DNA from: Psammoneis japonica
Taxonomy: Eukaryota
Reading direction: 5' to 3'
Length of the DNA stretch: 64,000 nt
NCBI GenBank assembly: GCA_008632985.1
Contig: QPGO01000161.1
Span: 62,001-126,000 of the forward strand
In this document: piece after piece, positions 22,576-35,777 of the stretch
How the letters are laid out: every line of letters starts with the position of its first letter
Position numbering within the stretch: position 1 is the first letter of the stretch
Notes under the pieces: model-generated
Told to the model about the DNA's origin: nothing
The model's database searches: none
Seen by the model: the letters and a program-made list of their open reading frames with translations, nothing else
Position numbers and translations under genes: made by a program

Positions 22576-25330
22576 AAAGGTGGCGGAGGCTTTTGTTAGT
22601 GTGACAATGGAAAGAGGATGAGCAACGTAGCAGGTTTCAATGTTGACAGTCACAAGGTTTGACAAAGTGCCAAAGGGATCATTGTTTTGTGATCTAACCT
22701 TTTGTTTGACAACCAGTGCATGCAACAGAACGAGTGCATGCAATGGAAGGTTCTCTAAAAAATGCAACGCAATGATTGGCATTGATTTGTCATCAACCAA
22801 AAAGTTGTGAACATTGCTTTCAAAAGGTAAAAAGTGATGTGATTCTGACAGTCAAGGGAGGGGTCCCACAGGTGAAGGAGGGGTCCCATGGTGAAAATTG
22901 TAACACCATGACACACAATAAAAAATCACGTTCTACACAACTCACTCAACATGAAACTGTTGCATTTATGCCCACAACAGTGCTAAAAATTGCCCACAAG
23001 AAGGGTGGTCAGGATCACTGTGTTTCGCGCTCTGATGCTGCTGCAATGCAACCAGTGCAATGGAAATTGGAAATGAAGAGCAACCGCTTGTTTTGGTGCA
23101 CTCCTGCAGGCTTCATTGGTGTGTTGATGCACCCACAATTGGATCAAGCAAGAAATTGTTCTCCAATCATCAAAGCAACTGCAAGTTGGTGGCGGAGCAA
23201 AAATGATGCAAATTGGCCACAGCACAAAAAAACATGACTTGTTCTCAAGACCTGCATGAAATGAAAAAAGTTGATTTTTTGTGTCTCTTCATTCGCTGCA
23301 GATGCTGCAGTGGTTTTTGTGCAGGACTGTGCCACGTGTGCCATCAAAAGCTGCCGAACAACAACTTCCCATTGTGACAATGAAGTGTGATGGAGGTGAT
23401 GCTCATGCTGCCTTTTTCATGAAGCACACACAGTTGCAAAAACATGACAATCAACAAAGAAATGAAGAACAGGCTCCTTCCTGGTGAAGCAAGCAGAAAG
23501 TTGGTGCTTGATTGTCGGGCTTGGTTTTCAACAATCAGCTCCAAAATGTGCCCTTGGCATGGGCTGCACTGCATCTGATGATGTCCATTCATTGTTGCGG
23601 TTGGCTTGCATGGTGCATTGGTGAATTTCATGCTGCAAGCCTTGTTGGAAATCAACCTGAATGTGCCACATCATGATTGCTGTGGTTGGCAACTCAAGTG
23701 GTCGGTGAGATCTCATTTTCCTTGCGCGTGAGCTGTGCAGAAAAATCACTTGAAAAAATGGCTTTTGTTGGACCCAGCAGAGCACAACTTTTCTCACAAT
23801 GACACCCAGTTTCAACCATTCACACCATTGGAGAAAGTGCTTTTTCTTTGCTTTTTGGCAATGTGATTTCAGCAAAAGGTTGAAAAATGACAACACGCCA
23901 CATTTTTTGATTTTGCAGCTGCTCTTTTTTTAAGGCATGCACACAACCAAGTTGTGCAGAGCAGCACAATGTTGGACAGAGGATGGTTGTGCGTTGACTG
24001 TAATTTGTGCAACAAATTGCCGTTTGGCGCTGCCTGTGATGATGACAATTTTCTGGTGCTGTCAGAGAATGATTTTGCAGCGGGCCCTTGACACAACAAT
24101 GATCTGCTGTGCTGCGCAGAGAACACGAGTGTGCATGGAAAGTCCCCCAGATGAAGCCCTTGCCATTTGATGATGAGCACACAACAGTGGCTGGTCAGAA
24201 ACAGAGCCTGGCATTGGCGAAACGTTTTGCTGTTCAACGGAGGTTGATGGCAGAGACTTTCATGACTGAGTGAGTGCCTCCTGGGTGCAACAAACCAAAT
24301 GTCTGCAAAGACAAAAGACTCTTGGACACATCGCTGACATGACAAATGTTGCGACAACACACCACCTTCATGCCACATGTTGCTGCCATTTGGCAATGAG
24401 GTGGGCAGTGCACTGCGCATTTCTGGTGCAGTGGAAAATCCTGAAAAATCACAAATCGTCTTGCGTTCACCCCTTTCCTTCAGGCGTGCGGCTTGTTCAC
24501 CTGCGGCTTGAACACGCCAGCAGTTGGTGATGCGGCAGGCGGCCAAACCTGTCGGCGTCACTCAAGTCACTGGCAATTTTTCGTGAAAACGAGCCGAGCC
24601 TCTCACTTTTCAGGCCGTTGCCAGCATGGAGGACAAAATCACTCCCGAAAAGGCATCGACGAACCTGCGTCACATGCGTTAAGTGATCCTGACGTTGTCA
24701 GTTGGGTTTGTCAACTGCTTCAGTTTGAAGAATTTACTTCTCCTCATGTTTGCTCTTCAGCATGTGTGGTCCATTAAAAACTGTTCAGCAGTCATCATTC
24801 GAATTCTCAATGACTGGCATTTGGTCAAAAATTTGAATTTTCGGTCGCCTCAATGGTGCACACAACCATCACACCGGCACAATGTTGTTTTGCGACAACG
24901 TTTTTCATGCCGCCGATGAAGCCACCGAACCGCGCAAGTGTCGCTGTGTGGCATTTTTTTACCTGTTAAGCCATCTTACAGTGTCTCACACTGTGCTTGT
25001 TGTTTTTCCTAGCCAAAAAGAGGGAATCACGGATCGCATCACGATCGCAATCACGATCGCAACACACCACGAGTCCGCCGCAAACGTGCTCGCGAACGTT
25101 CCTTTTCCAAGAATCGGTCGCCCCAGAAGCGTCGGACTCGTCGTCGTGGCAAGAGCAAAAACCCTCCGCGACCTACATCCTTTGTGTCGAGTTTTTTTTT
25201 CTGGCGTGAAATGCAGTCTCTCGGCTGTTTTTGGTTCTTTTTTCACTCCCCCAACTGTGATGCCGCCAGCACCCAGTCCACCACAGCCTTCTCTGTTGAC
25301 TTCTCCACCATTTGTTGGTGTGATCGCTCG

Positions 25331-25426
25331 CTCGTTGGCTTGTGCTAGTGACTCAGGGAAGAAGACCGCCGGCTTGGACTCGTTGGCTTGTGCCAGTGAC
25401 TCGGGGAAGAAGACCGCCGGCTTGGA
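25331..25426 (+). repeat. Tandem duplication, 48-bp unit x2
   Basis: ctcgttggcttgtgcYagtgactcRgggaagaagaccgccggcttgga at 25331 and 25379. The only differences are TA/CA and CA/CG. Confidence 0.95.
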
Positions 25427-27274
25427 ACCCACCATGTTGGAGCAAGAGCCGACTTCTCCACTGGCAAATGCTGGTGTGATCAAACGCTCTGTGGCGAACC
25501 GCCAGAAAAAATCTCTGTCATCGTCAAGTTCTTTGACATCCTCTCAGGATTTGCTGACTTCTCCACTGGTGAATCCCGGTGTGATTGATCGCTCTGCGGC
25601 GAATTCCCAGAAAACATCGCGGCCATCATCGATTTCGTCGACGTCTCATGAGTCGACGTCTACACTGTTGCCACCTGCTGGTGTCAGTGACCGCTCTGCA
25701 GCGAACCGATCGTCGCCATTGTCGGATTCGAAACTGTCATCGATGCCGGTTCTCTTGCCAAAAGAGGCTTTGTCCTCTCGCCAAGAGGTGTTCAACCTCT
25801 TGCTTTCGTTGTCACCCTCCCAGGAAGACAATGATTCTATTTTTAATCATGGCTTTTTGGTGGAGGAAATGAAGCCCTCCTTCTTTCTGCTTCCCAAGGG
25901 AAACAGAAATGAGTTGGTTTCTTTTGGGAAACTGTCGGCCGAGCGCTGGCATTGTGTTCATCGAATTCACTTTTGGCCGCAAGCACCAGAACAAGCCCAC
26001 CTTCTGAAAACTGCTGTTTTTCCTCACTGCCAGACGCTCCCAGCAATTTTGCTTTTTTCGGTTGGGAACTACCTTGACTCCCATCCGACATCCGGTTTAG
26101 GTCTGCAATTGTATGATCCGAACGAAAATCATGCCAACGATTTACTTGTTCTGTTAAACAAGGGCGACGAACTCTCCGATGTCGTCAACGAAATTGATTT
26201 TGATTCGTTTGACCGCTTGACATCCCATGCTTGCCGTTTCAACCCAATCCCCAAGAAAACCGAGAACCCCGACGGCACTTTAACCACAACCATTCGTCAG
26301 CGCTCAACGAACTACTGTGACGCAGGTTGTTGTGGTGGGCAGTCTGGAGACCGGGATGACTCACCCGACGGTCACTGCATTCCGTCCCTGCGGCAGGGCA
26401 CCTGTTGTTCTCCGAGTGTTGGAGACGATACGGAACACGACCCAACTGCAATTGGTGCGATGATTGCTGTCTCCAAAATGTCAAAAGTACTTGCCAAAGA
26501 TGCGCCATTTGTGGATGGTGACAATCCCTTTGAGGATCGTCTCAACCCCACGCGCCAACAAGAATTTGCTGGCGCTCTCCATCCCTCTATTGTGATCGAA
26601 GTTATTCGTTGTTCGCTCTCAAGGCCGGCTCCACCAGAGAAGAAGGAGGACTGTGACACCCACGTCGACGACAAAAATGGCGACATCGAACCTGTCTGTG
26701 GTGTTTCCAAGATCAAGGATGGCCCTGATGGTGTCCCCCGTCGCCATGCAGTCAATGGACAGATGAGGAAATCCATTGACGACCTCTTTCGCAACAGGCG
26801 CAACCAGGATGCAATTCTCGACGACCTGGTAAGAGCTTGTGATCGATTCGACGTGTCAAGACTCAAGATCAGCAACAGCATACGAGATGCCGGCGATGCA
26901 GTCGAGTGGATTCCAGGGTTCCCGGCCAATCGCACCCACTGCAATCTCGACCCTGATTGGTTCACCATGATTGTTCATGACTCAATTGTTCGGTTGGGTG
27001 TGCAGTTCAACCTCAACTACATTGAATTGCAGTCGGTGCACCATGCTTTTCATTGCCATGCACCTGGACCCTACTTCCTTGGTGTCGCCAGTCGGATTCT
27101 TCTGCCAGCCCCTCCAAGGAAGTTAAGGAGGGACATGGTGAACGAAAAGTTTGGACATCATGTTTCCAGGCTCATCATTTTTCTGTTCAACATGTTCAGG
27201 GAGAGGACTGGTGGTCGGGGTGGCCAAATGACCTTCCGACGATGGGGTCAGTTGCCCGACCCAGAGCTTGTGCC

Positions 27275-27726
27275 NNNNNNNNNNNNNNNNNNNNNNNNNN
27301 NNNNNNNNNNNNNNNNNNNNNNNNNNNNNNNNNNNNNNNNNNNNNNNNNNNNNNNNNNNNNNNNNNNNNNNNNNNNNNNNNNNNNNNNNNNNNNNNNNNN
27401 NNNNNNNNNNNNNNNNNNNNNNNNNNNNNNNNNNNNNNNNNNNNNNNNNNNNNNNNNNNNNNNNNNNNNNNNNNNNNNNNNNNNNNNNNNNNNNNNNNNN
27501 NNNNNNNNNNNNNNNNNNNNNNNNNNNNNNNNNNNNNNNNNNNNNNNNNNNNNNNNNNNNNNNNNNNNNNNNNNNNNNNNNNNNNNNNNNNNNNNNNNNN
27601 NNNNNNNNNNNNNNNNNNNNNNNNNNNNNNNNNNNNNNNNNNNNNNNNNNNNNNNNNNNNNNNNNNNNNNNNNNNNNNNNNNNNNNNNNNNNNNNNNNNN
27701 NNNNNNNNNNNNNNNNNNNNNNNNNN
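27275..27726. other. Assembly gap (N run)
   Basis: Run of N. Confidence 1.
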
Positions 27727-28114
27727 TATTTTCGAAACGACCGGTGATGACGAAACAGCAGTTCACCCACCTGGACGCACGAATGCAGGTGCTTGCCACC
27801 AAATGTTCGATGCAATCCCATTCGGTGACTCGCAAGTGACCTGGGATGAGTTGGTTGAGCACCTGAAACTTGCTGATGCAGGCAACCTCCCCTCGTCCGT
27901 CGTTGAGTTACAGTCACACGAGTGTCCTCAAGAACTCATAAATCCCAAGCAGCGGCTGTCTGTTCTACACCCAGTGAACAGTTTGCGCCCTCTCAGTCGA
28001 GAGACTGAGGCCTTTTGCAAGAAGGTCCTCTGCGATGCACTCAAAATTAAGATCTAGTTTGAGTTCCAACATGTTGTCTCCAATCCATTTGTAATTGCAC
28101 AAGAAAGTCTGGCA

Positions 28115-30395
28115 TTAATAAGTGGGTGGCTGATGGAGATTTAGTCCATTTCCACAAATGTGAGTGCGTCGCTTCTTGGAGTCATGTTCAGAACAGTTGG
28201 ACACCCATCGCGGCCCCTCACTGCTTGTGTTGTTGGTCTCTTGCACATCACGGTGTGTGTGAAACTTTCCTCGGATGTCCACAATTAGATCATCGATTGA
28301 TTTGACAGTGTGAGATAAGTCGGGTGCTTCCATTTGATGGATGTTCTCCGACTCGCATAGACCGTGCAGAGTCGACAACTTGGGGGCCAACACCTGTTGC
28401 ATGTTTGTGGGAGTGACATTTGCAGGAGGGTCTTGAGGAGAACCACTCATTTCTGATTCTTCGAGAGCAAACAGATCGCCGTCTGCACTGCACTCATCGT
28501 CTTCAAGATTGAACGCATCTCCCAGTTGGTCACGTTGGCTTGCATCGACATCAGTCAATTGGGAGCAACCAATTGCGCTTAGACCCAATTGTGTGGGGTC
28601 TGTGCAACGCAGTGCTCGGTTTGCTTGATCGGAACTGCAGTTACGGAGTGAGTGACAAACATCCTGCGGTTTGTCAAAAACGGATTCATCCGGTGTACTT
28701 GAAGTTGGTTGAGGTGCTGGCTGCCACCATTCAGGCAGGCATGGTCCTCGAACATCATTGTCGAGGATGGAATCAAACAATCCGTCCAGACCCTCAACAT
28801 GACGGTCACCGTTGAACGCACAGTGAAAGCACTTGCGCCACCAAACAATGGAAACATCATGGTGTGTGAATCCCAAGTGTGCATTGCCAAGTTCGTGCTG
28901 GCCAACCGCAAGGAAGTGCATGCAGCCAACACCCGTTCTCTGGAACTCTCCGCAGCTACAGTGAAGCACACCCTCTGCATCTAGCTTCACTTTTCGCACT
29001 CTTTGAAACTTGGGCATTTTGGAAAAGAAAGGATTGGCTTCTTCCTCTTCGTTTGACAATGGAGCTTCATTGGATTTCTTGTGGACCACCTCCCATGTCG
29101 GGTGTTCGCCATCCTCCTTGCCGCAGCACCGCACGTGGAAGTCATGTCAATGCTTCCACCGTTCAGCAATGACACCCTCACACACAGTGACGACATGGTC
29201 CGCTGCAGGTAGATTAGACCAGAGGCATTCAGTTGTTGCCATGCGGTTGCTTTCTGCATGCAGCTCTGCAACCTTTACGTCCGATTGCATGGCAAAGTTC
29301 ATGACTGGTGGCCAAGTTCTGTGATGGCAGTGCTGGAGCAGAATGGTTCTTCATGCCAAAGTTGGTGCCCTCGTGGCTAGAATTGTTTGCTTCCTCACAA
29401 TGGCGGAGGAATTTCTTGCGGTGGAAGGCATGGCAGTTCTCCCAGGCCCACACCTTATCTCAGATAAAGACAACGATGCGCTGAACGGTTGACTCGACAC
29501 CGTCGCACATCTGGAGGACTCTTGGGGAATGCAGAAACATGATGAGCAACGACTTGGAGACCTTGAGTTCATCTTCATTCTCGCACCCTCCAGGGCACAT
29601 GAATGAACACAGCCAGGCTTTGACTGTGGCAACAAATTGCTTGTGGGTCTCACGCCTCTGGCCAGGAGACACACAGGTCTCACCAGGACAGTGACGCAAC
29701 CATCCCTTTTCCACAACATGCCAGCCACAACGTCCTTGGAAGACATCCGGCATGTAGACTTGAATTGCACTGCGCAACTCCCAGATTTCTTGGGAGTCTC
29801 CATCCGTCAATGCCAACTTGATTCGCCGCAGTGCGTCTGCATCAAGTAGAGTGGGTAGCACCACCTGAAACACCCACCGAAACGTCCCCTGTGTTTGATC
29901 AGGAAGAAAGATTTGGAGGAAAACAATGCAAGAGCCATTTGGCGCACGGACGGAGAAAGTCAGGCATGGCCTTTTCTCGTTGTTGGTGTGAGATGTGGCA
30001 TCCACTTTAATCACATGTGGCATTTGGCGAAACAATCGTGTCTCGCCCTTGAGTGTCCAAGCAGCACCGACAAAGAGGTCATCCTCAGGACCAAGCTGGG
30101 CGGCTTCCCTCTCACGCCTGTGCTGGTCGACCACCTCGGAACAAAGTTCCTCGAGGTTCTGGATCTCCCTTTCTCCATTGACACAAGATTCGTTGAAAAG
30201 TGACGAGGACTGGAAACGTGGGTTGCGTTCCCGGGTTGGCGTCTGCACAGCATTAGCTCCACTTGCGAGAACAGAGTGTTCAATGTCTTCACGACTCTGA
30301 AAAAACCTCTGAAGCTCCAGGATGCCGTCATCCAAAGCGGCATCTTCAGAAGAGGGTGGGAATGGGGTCAACTCTTCCTTGTCAGCCTGTCGCAT
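28115..30395 (-). pseudogene. Mutator/MULE transposase with SWIM zinc finger, 5'-truncated
   Basis: VDATSHTNNEKRP, LTDGDSQE, CGWHVV, NSSHEGTN, SWIM CSCGEFQRTGVGCMH. In-frame TGA at 29460 and a frameshift near 29200. Confidence 0.9.
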
Positions 30396-33300
30396 GACGC
30401 AACGAAACGACCAGTCTCCGCCTACCTACGGTTATATAGCTCAATATTCATTTATCCTTGACTTCATTTTGGCATTGTCCAATACTATAGAGGGAACCAT
30501 CAAGTGCTTGGCTGAAGGGGAGGACGACAAAGACTACGTGGTGTCGAGTTTCATCAACGATTCTTTCGAAGGAGCGGCCTCTATTGCCGATATCTTCAAA
30601 AACCCCAATCCCCGTGATAACCCTCTCGAAGACTTTATTGCTCCTCCCTACGTCGATCCTGATAATTGCGCCAGCGCAAATTCAACTTGTTCGAGCGACA
30701 ACCTATGTTGCGAAAAACCTGTTGGTAGCGATGGCGTCTACCAACCTGAGTGTGATTCCGGGACTTGTGATCTCACTGATTACAATACCAACAACGTGAA
30801 CGCTACATGTTTCAAAGAAGGCGCTTCGTGCACAGACAGTGGACAGTGCTGCCAGAAGGAAGACCAACTCGTCATTTGTCAGAAGCAGTACAACAGTACT
30901 ACTAACTACTACACTGGAAGTGGCAAATGCGAAGATGCACCTCGGCAGCCTATTGGTTGGAATCCTTTTTGCATTGCCTACAATCTGAACACCTTTGCAT
31001 TTTCGTTTGCGGAGCCCTTTCCACCCATTTACCTTGATCCGGCTGGATTTTTAGGTACGCTGCTGCCAAACAACCCCGGTCCTAAACTACAAAATTTTCC
31101 ACCAGCAGGGGATCCCAAGGTAACTTTAAATTGTACCGACTCAGCTTTGATGCATTGATGACTTGTCACTAACTTCTCTCACTACATTTCTGCCCTTAGC
31201 AATGCGAATTGGTGAACGGATTTGCGAAAGTGGCGGGCAAGGTAACAATCGGTTTCCAAATTCTGGGCTTTGGTGGGTCAGCGGGTGACGGCCTATCGTA
31301 TGGCACCAACTTGTTCACCTCCGGAACGGAATACGGCGACTCCGTTCCCACCGTCTGGGATGGATTCTTGAGTGTGCCTCTGGCACCAAATCCTGGTACT
31401 AACTTCTGGCTTGCCGTTCGAATCAAACTGTTACCTACTCCACTACACAAGTGGAATGTGAAGGAGTGCGAGCTGGCTCAGAAACGAGTCTTCCTTCCGG
31501 GAATTTTAACGAGTCCCTCTAATTTTTTTCGCAAGCAGCTTGCTACGATAGAGGTGCGGCTCGATCTAGAGCTGTATGTGGACGGTGGCGGTGGCGGTGA
31601 TAGTGAATGTATCATTGTTGCTTTAACCAGTGCTACTTTGAAACTCTCCTTTTTTCAATTCACCTTGGGCCGAGGCATTGGTGGATGGTGCCGAAATGAG
31701 GACACATCGAATACATGCTCGCCTCAAGGCTTCTTTTTGAACTTCGAACCAAAGTTTGAAGGAAGAACTGGCGCAGTGAATATACCCTTGAACGGTATTC
31801 TAAGAGGCCTTGGTGCCGCAGAGGAGGCAACTAAAGAGACTAATCCGACTACGTTTTCATTGGACCCAGCGAACTTTGGAGCGGACGGCGGATATAGCCT
31901 TGGGGTTTTCGTGGATAGCTCCCAGGCAGCCACAGCAGTAGCTCTTCGTATGGAGACCAATACGCTGAAACTCTTTGGAATCGGTTTATCTCCGCAAACC
32001 AAAATCCACTTCCAGTGGTATCGTGGATCTGAACAAAATCGTCGTGTTGAATCGCTGCTCAGGATTGATGGTACGCCAAATTGCGAAAATATTGTTGCGA
32101 GCTGTAGCGAATGGAAACCGTATATTCGCACAGTCGACGGCGCTGATTATTATGGAGGGAAGAAAGTTGAAATCTGCCAGGATAGACTCTTTGACCTTGA
32201 CCGATACAACCAGCTTATTGTCGCCACCTCTTCGTACGGCGAGCCAGATTATCCGATTCGGGTAAGTTCATAGTTGACGTGGTGATGCTACTCCAATGAC
32301 TGCCATGACCTCTGTCTCACCCTTTCTTGCACAGATCGATCCCGATGTGGATGTCGAAGTTTGGTACTCTAACCCAAAGTTTGATCAGGCCAACAACGAA
32401 GACTCCAACAACATCATCGTCTATTTGGCGATCCAGAACTGGAATACCGGGATAGTGAACCTCGATGATCTTTCTTTCGTTTTCATTCTGCAAGTCGAGG
32501 AAGATAGCGATCTGACCATCACCGTTCCTGAAAACCCTACCGACGATGACTTCAATGTGCTGGGCAACGACGTTGAGGCGCAGTTGGAAACCATCGAAGA
32601 AAGCAGCAAGAAGGTTGATATTTACGCTGACATCCAGTTGCAACTCACGGTGTTATTCTTCGTTCAGATAAAATCAGCTGCAAGCGTTCAGAACAATGCT
32701 GACGGACAGGGGACGTATTCCCATTGGGTAGTTGCTGGAGGAGTAAGATGATCGCTGGTGGCAACTTCAGTATATCTAATCCTCAAGAGACATTTCAAGG
32801 GGATCGAGAACTAATTGATGATAATGAATATCGGAGATGGCTGGAGGAAGAGGTAGAGGAAGTGAAGCCCGATTACAACATTGACTTTACTCTGGGCTGC
32901 GTTCGAGTTAGCGATTTTATATTTGCCGGTCTGACAGATTTGTACGCCACGTTGCTGACACCTGCGTTTGTGCGCGTCGATGAGCTTTTGGTGGGTGTAG
33001 GAAAGGAGGTAGATCGCCTTCTCAACGAAGCGTCTTTCCTAAATGGCGAGTCTTGGAGCAAGCTAAGAGGGATTGCGACGCAGCTCAAAAACAATCGAAA
33101 AGACGGGTTTGAGAGCCTTGCGGAGGCCGTGGAGGAAGAAGATTGGGAGGATATTAGTCAATTGATTGCGCAAATCATCCTCAATGAGTAAGTCCGTTTG
33201 CTCCGGAGTTTTCTCTAGGTTTGTTCCGGTCACTCTCTTACTTGCCTGGCCGCCTTTGCTGTTGCGCCTCTCTTGTAGGTTTGAAGCTCGATTGCAGGTT

Positions 33301-35777
33301 TATTTCGAGATTGTTTCGGGTGCCATCAATTTTATAGATGAAGTGGGAAATTTCTTCGTAGGCATCGGTCAAGAGATTGAAGACTTTTTCACAGGGATTG
33401 AATGCGATACTGTTAAGAAGTGCTGGGACGAGCCCCGCAACATTACGAAAACCGAGAAAGATGATCTCGACTGTCCCATTAAACTCAACCAGCAACGGGG
33501 CTGCTCTACCCCTAGGTTGTGTTTCAAACCTAAGGGATGTGCTACTACGTGCTCAGAGTGGCAAGACAAGCAGTGGCGGCTATCGAAGAGAACATCGCCA
33601 AGATCGACAAGTATGTTAATATCGTCACTGACAACAATGAAAACAACATCAAGGGATTCCGATACGCCGTCAAGAAAGACTCCAGTGTTTTGAATGCAGA
33701 GCTGGCATTCGAAGAAGTCCGAGTCGCTTCCAACGGTGTTCCAATAAAGCGTCTCCAGCTCAAACCGACAGCAGCGAGTTTTCCGGTACTCAGTAGTAAT
33801 GCGAACGAACCCCAGATGAGCACGGACGAGGCCTTCTTCACAGATGGGGAAACGTTTGATATTGATTTCTTCCGCCAAAGCTCAACTGACAGTAGAGGGC
33901 GAAGAATTCTAGAGGAAAGTGGTGCCGCTGAGCAGAGAATCAACGACAGTCTAGGGAATCTTTTTCAAGGTCGTCTTGTTGAGCGAGCCCTGGTGAACAC
34001 CAAGCTGAGGGGGACAGATATGAGTGCCTATTATCCTGGGCTTAACAAGCCAGTCCTCAACATGAATGACTTTACTGGGGACCAATTCTCCGAAACATTT
34101 GACGATTGCTCACTTTTCGAGGGTTCATGGGGAGCGTCAGCCACCCCTGAAGCCATTCTTGGTATTGTACACGATCAACTTAAGAAAAAGTACAAATGGA
34201 CGATATCCGTCGACAATGACTTGGTGGACAAGACTGAGTTTGACAGATGGACAACGAAAAGCGTTGAAACAAATTGCGAAGGCTTCAAGCTCGAGCTCAA
34301 GCTACAAGGTGCAGATTCTGGTGAGAGACTGTCGGACAGGTCCTTGGACTTTGTCGTCAATGTTCCATTCCATCAACCTATCTTGCTGAGTGACCCGGAG
34401 AAGGTTCAAGTGGTTGCCACACGTTGCCCTAGTGAGTCCTATGACCCTCAGACACTGGCTGGTGTCTACAACATGGACATCCCAGAACTGAGCAGACGTG
34501 GCTGTCCATCTCCGTTTCTCTCTTTGGATCATTCAGATTCAGTCGACGTCGAAGAAACTTCCTGTTCAACTGTGTACAGAGAAATCACAAGATCGTGGTC
34601 TGTCGTATCAGTGGATACCAGTTGCACGGTGCCGCCGGAGTGGGCTGCCCAGAATGTTGTATTGCAGCAGAAAATCACTCTTGGTGGCGGTCCTCTGACT
34701 GTGGGAAACACGATAGATTCAATGCCTGCAACGCCTACGTTTGTTTTGCAAGATGTCTACTATGAGCTTCCTGACACTGTCGACGGCACTGTATCAGCGC
34801 AGGTTCCAACAAGTGTTTCCGATTTCTTCATTGAAGGCAATACTCCACAATCTGAATGTGGTTTGTGTGGGGATGCCTCCAAGCCATCAATAGAATTCTC
34901 TCGTGGAGACTTCTTCGATTGCTCCGATGAGGGAGAAAACGAAGTGACAGTGTCGGTCCTCAATGAGAATGGAATCAAGGTTACTCAGAAGGCCATTGCA
35001 AATGTTATGGACAATGTCGCTCCCAATGTCGTCACCAAGAGTCATGCAGTGACATTGACGAAGGACGGAGTTCTGGCGTTGGAAGATGCTGTGACGGAAG
35101 CAAACGTTGATGGTGGAACGTGGGATAACTGCGGTATTCGCGAGCTTTCGGTCCTAAATGCACGAATCTATCAGAGTGTCGATGAAGGTCCACAAGACGT
35201 AATTTTGAGAGCTGTTGATGTCCATGGCAATTACGCCGAAAAGACCCAGACTGTGATGGTGGAGGACCCGCACTGCCTTGTCATTGAAAGCAGGGGGGAA
35301 GAATCAGAAAGCAGTTCTGAAGAAGCAGAAAGCAGTGATGGGGAAGAAGTGACAGGCGAGCAACAGGTTGCGATGAATGATGGTTACATTCAGATGCCCA
35401 AAGGCAAGCTTCCGAAGGATGTGAAGAAGGTAGCCAAGTACAAGAAGAGCAAATGCGAAGAGGTTGCTCTGTACATGCGCAGGGATGGTGACACAAACTT
35501 CTTTGAGGTCAATTTCAACAACATTTATGAGCGGAAGAGTAGTGAGAGTAGCAGTGGAAGGAAAAAGAGCAAAAGAAAGTATTTTATCCCAGATTACAAG
35601 AAAAATAATCCAGAGTCCTTGCACTTTTTCTCGAACATGTGCAACGGTCTTCCTCGTGAAGGCGAAACCAAGACTTGCCTGGGCGAGGTAAAGGCGCAGG
35701 TTGTTTGTGAAGGTGTGCTTGGTTGCTGGCGAGGCATGCTGAACGTGACAGTGATTGGAAAAGACATGGATGATTAG
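30394..35777 (+). CDS. Large Cys-rich, probably extracellular host protein with HYR-like repeats; 5' end missing; two apparent 1-nt frameshifts
   Basis: Frame-preserving GT-AG introns at 31120-31199, 32262-32334, 33188-33278. Frame changes at ~32705 and ~33570. FDCSDEGENEVTV..VMDNVAP and DGGTWDNCGI..VDVHGN repeats; RRxLEE motifs. Normal TA/CG content. Confidence 0.7.

Larger units (their letters stand above)
10076..23037 (+). mobile_element. Plavaka-type (CMC/EnSpm-like) DNA transposon, ~13 kb, multi-gene (element A)
   Basis: 22-bp imperfect TIRs: CATCAGAGGCCGCAACACAGTG (10076) vs reverse complement CATCAGAGCGCGAAACACAGTG (ending 23037). Similarity to the sister copy (48627-56054) stops exactly at these termini. 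Encodes a Plavaka transposase. TSD not clean (GC vs CT). Confidence 0.85.
24882..28057 (+). pseudogene. Second HxDxKN-motif protein, convergent with a MULE transposase; spans the assembly gap
   Basis: ~800 open codons before the gap; likely start ATG 25259. Ser/Pro-rich repeats, RQQEFAGALHP..IE, DCDTHVDDKN (His at 26661), RRHAVNGQMRKSID. Confidence 0.6.

Noticed and set aside
24882..27917. ORF-track entries reading through the X run as single long proteins
   Set aside because: They span an N gap, so frame continuity across it is unknown.
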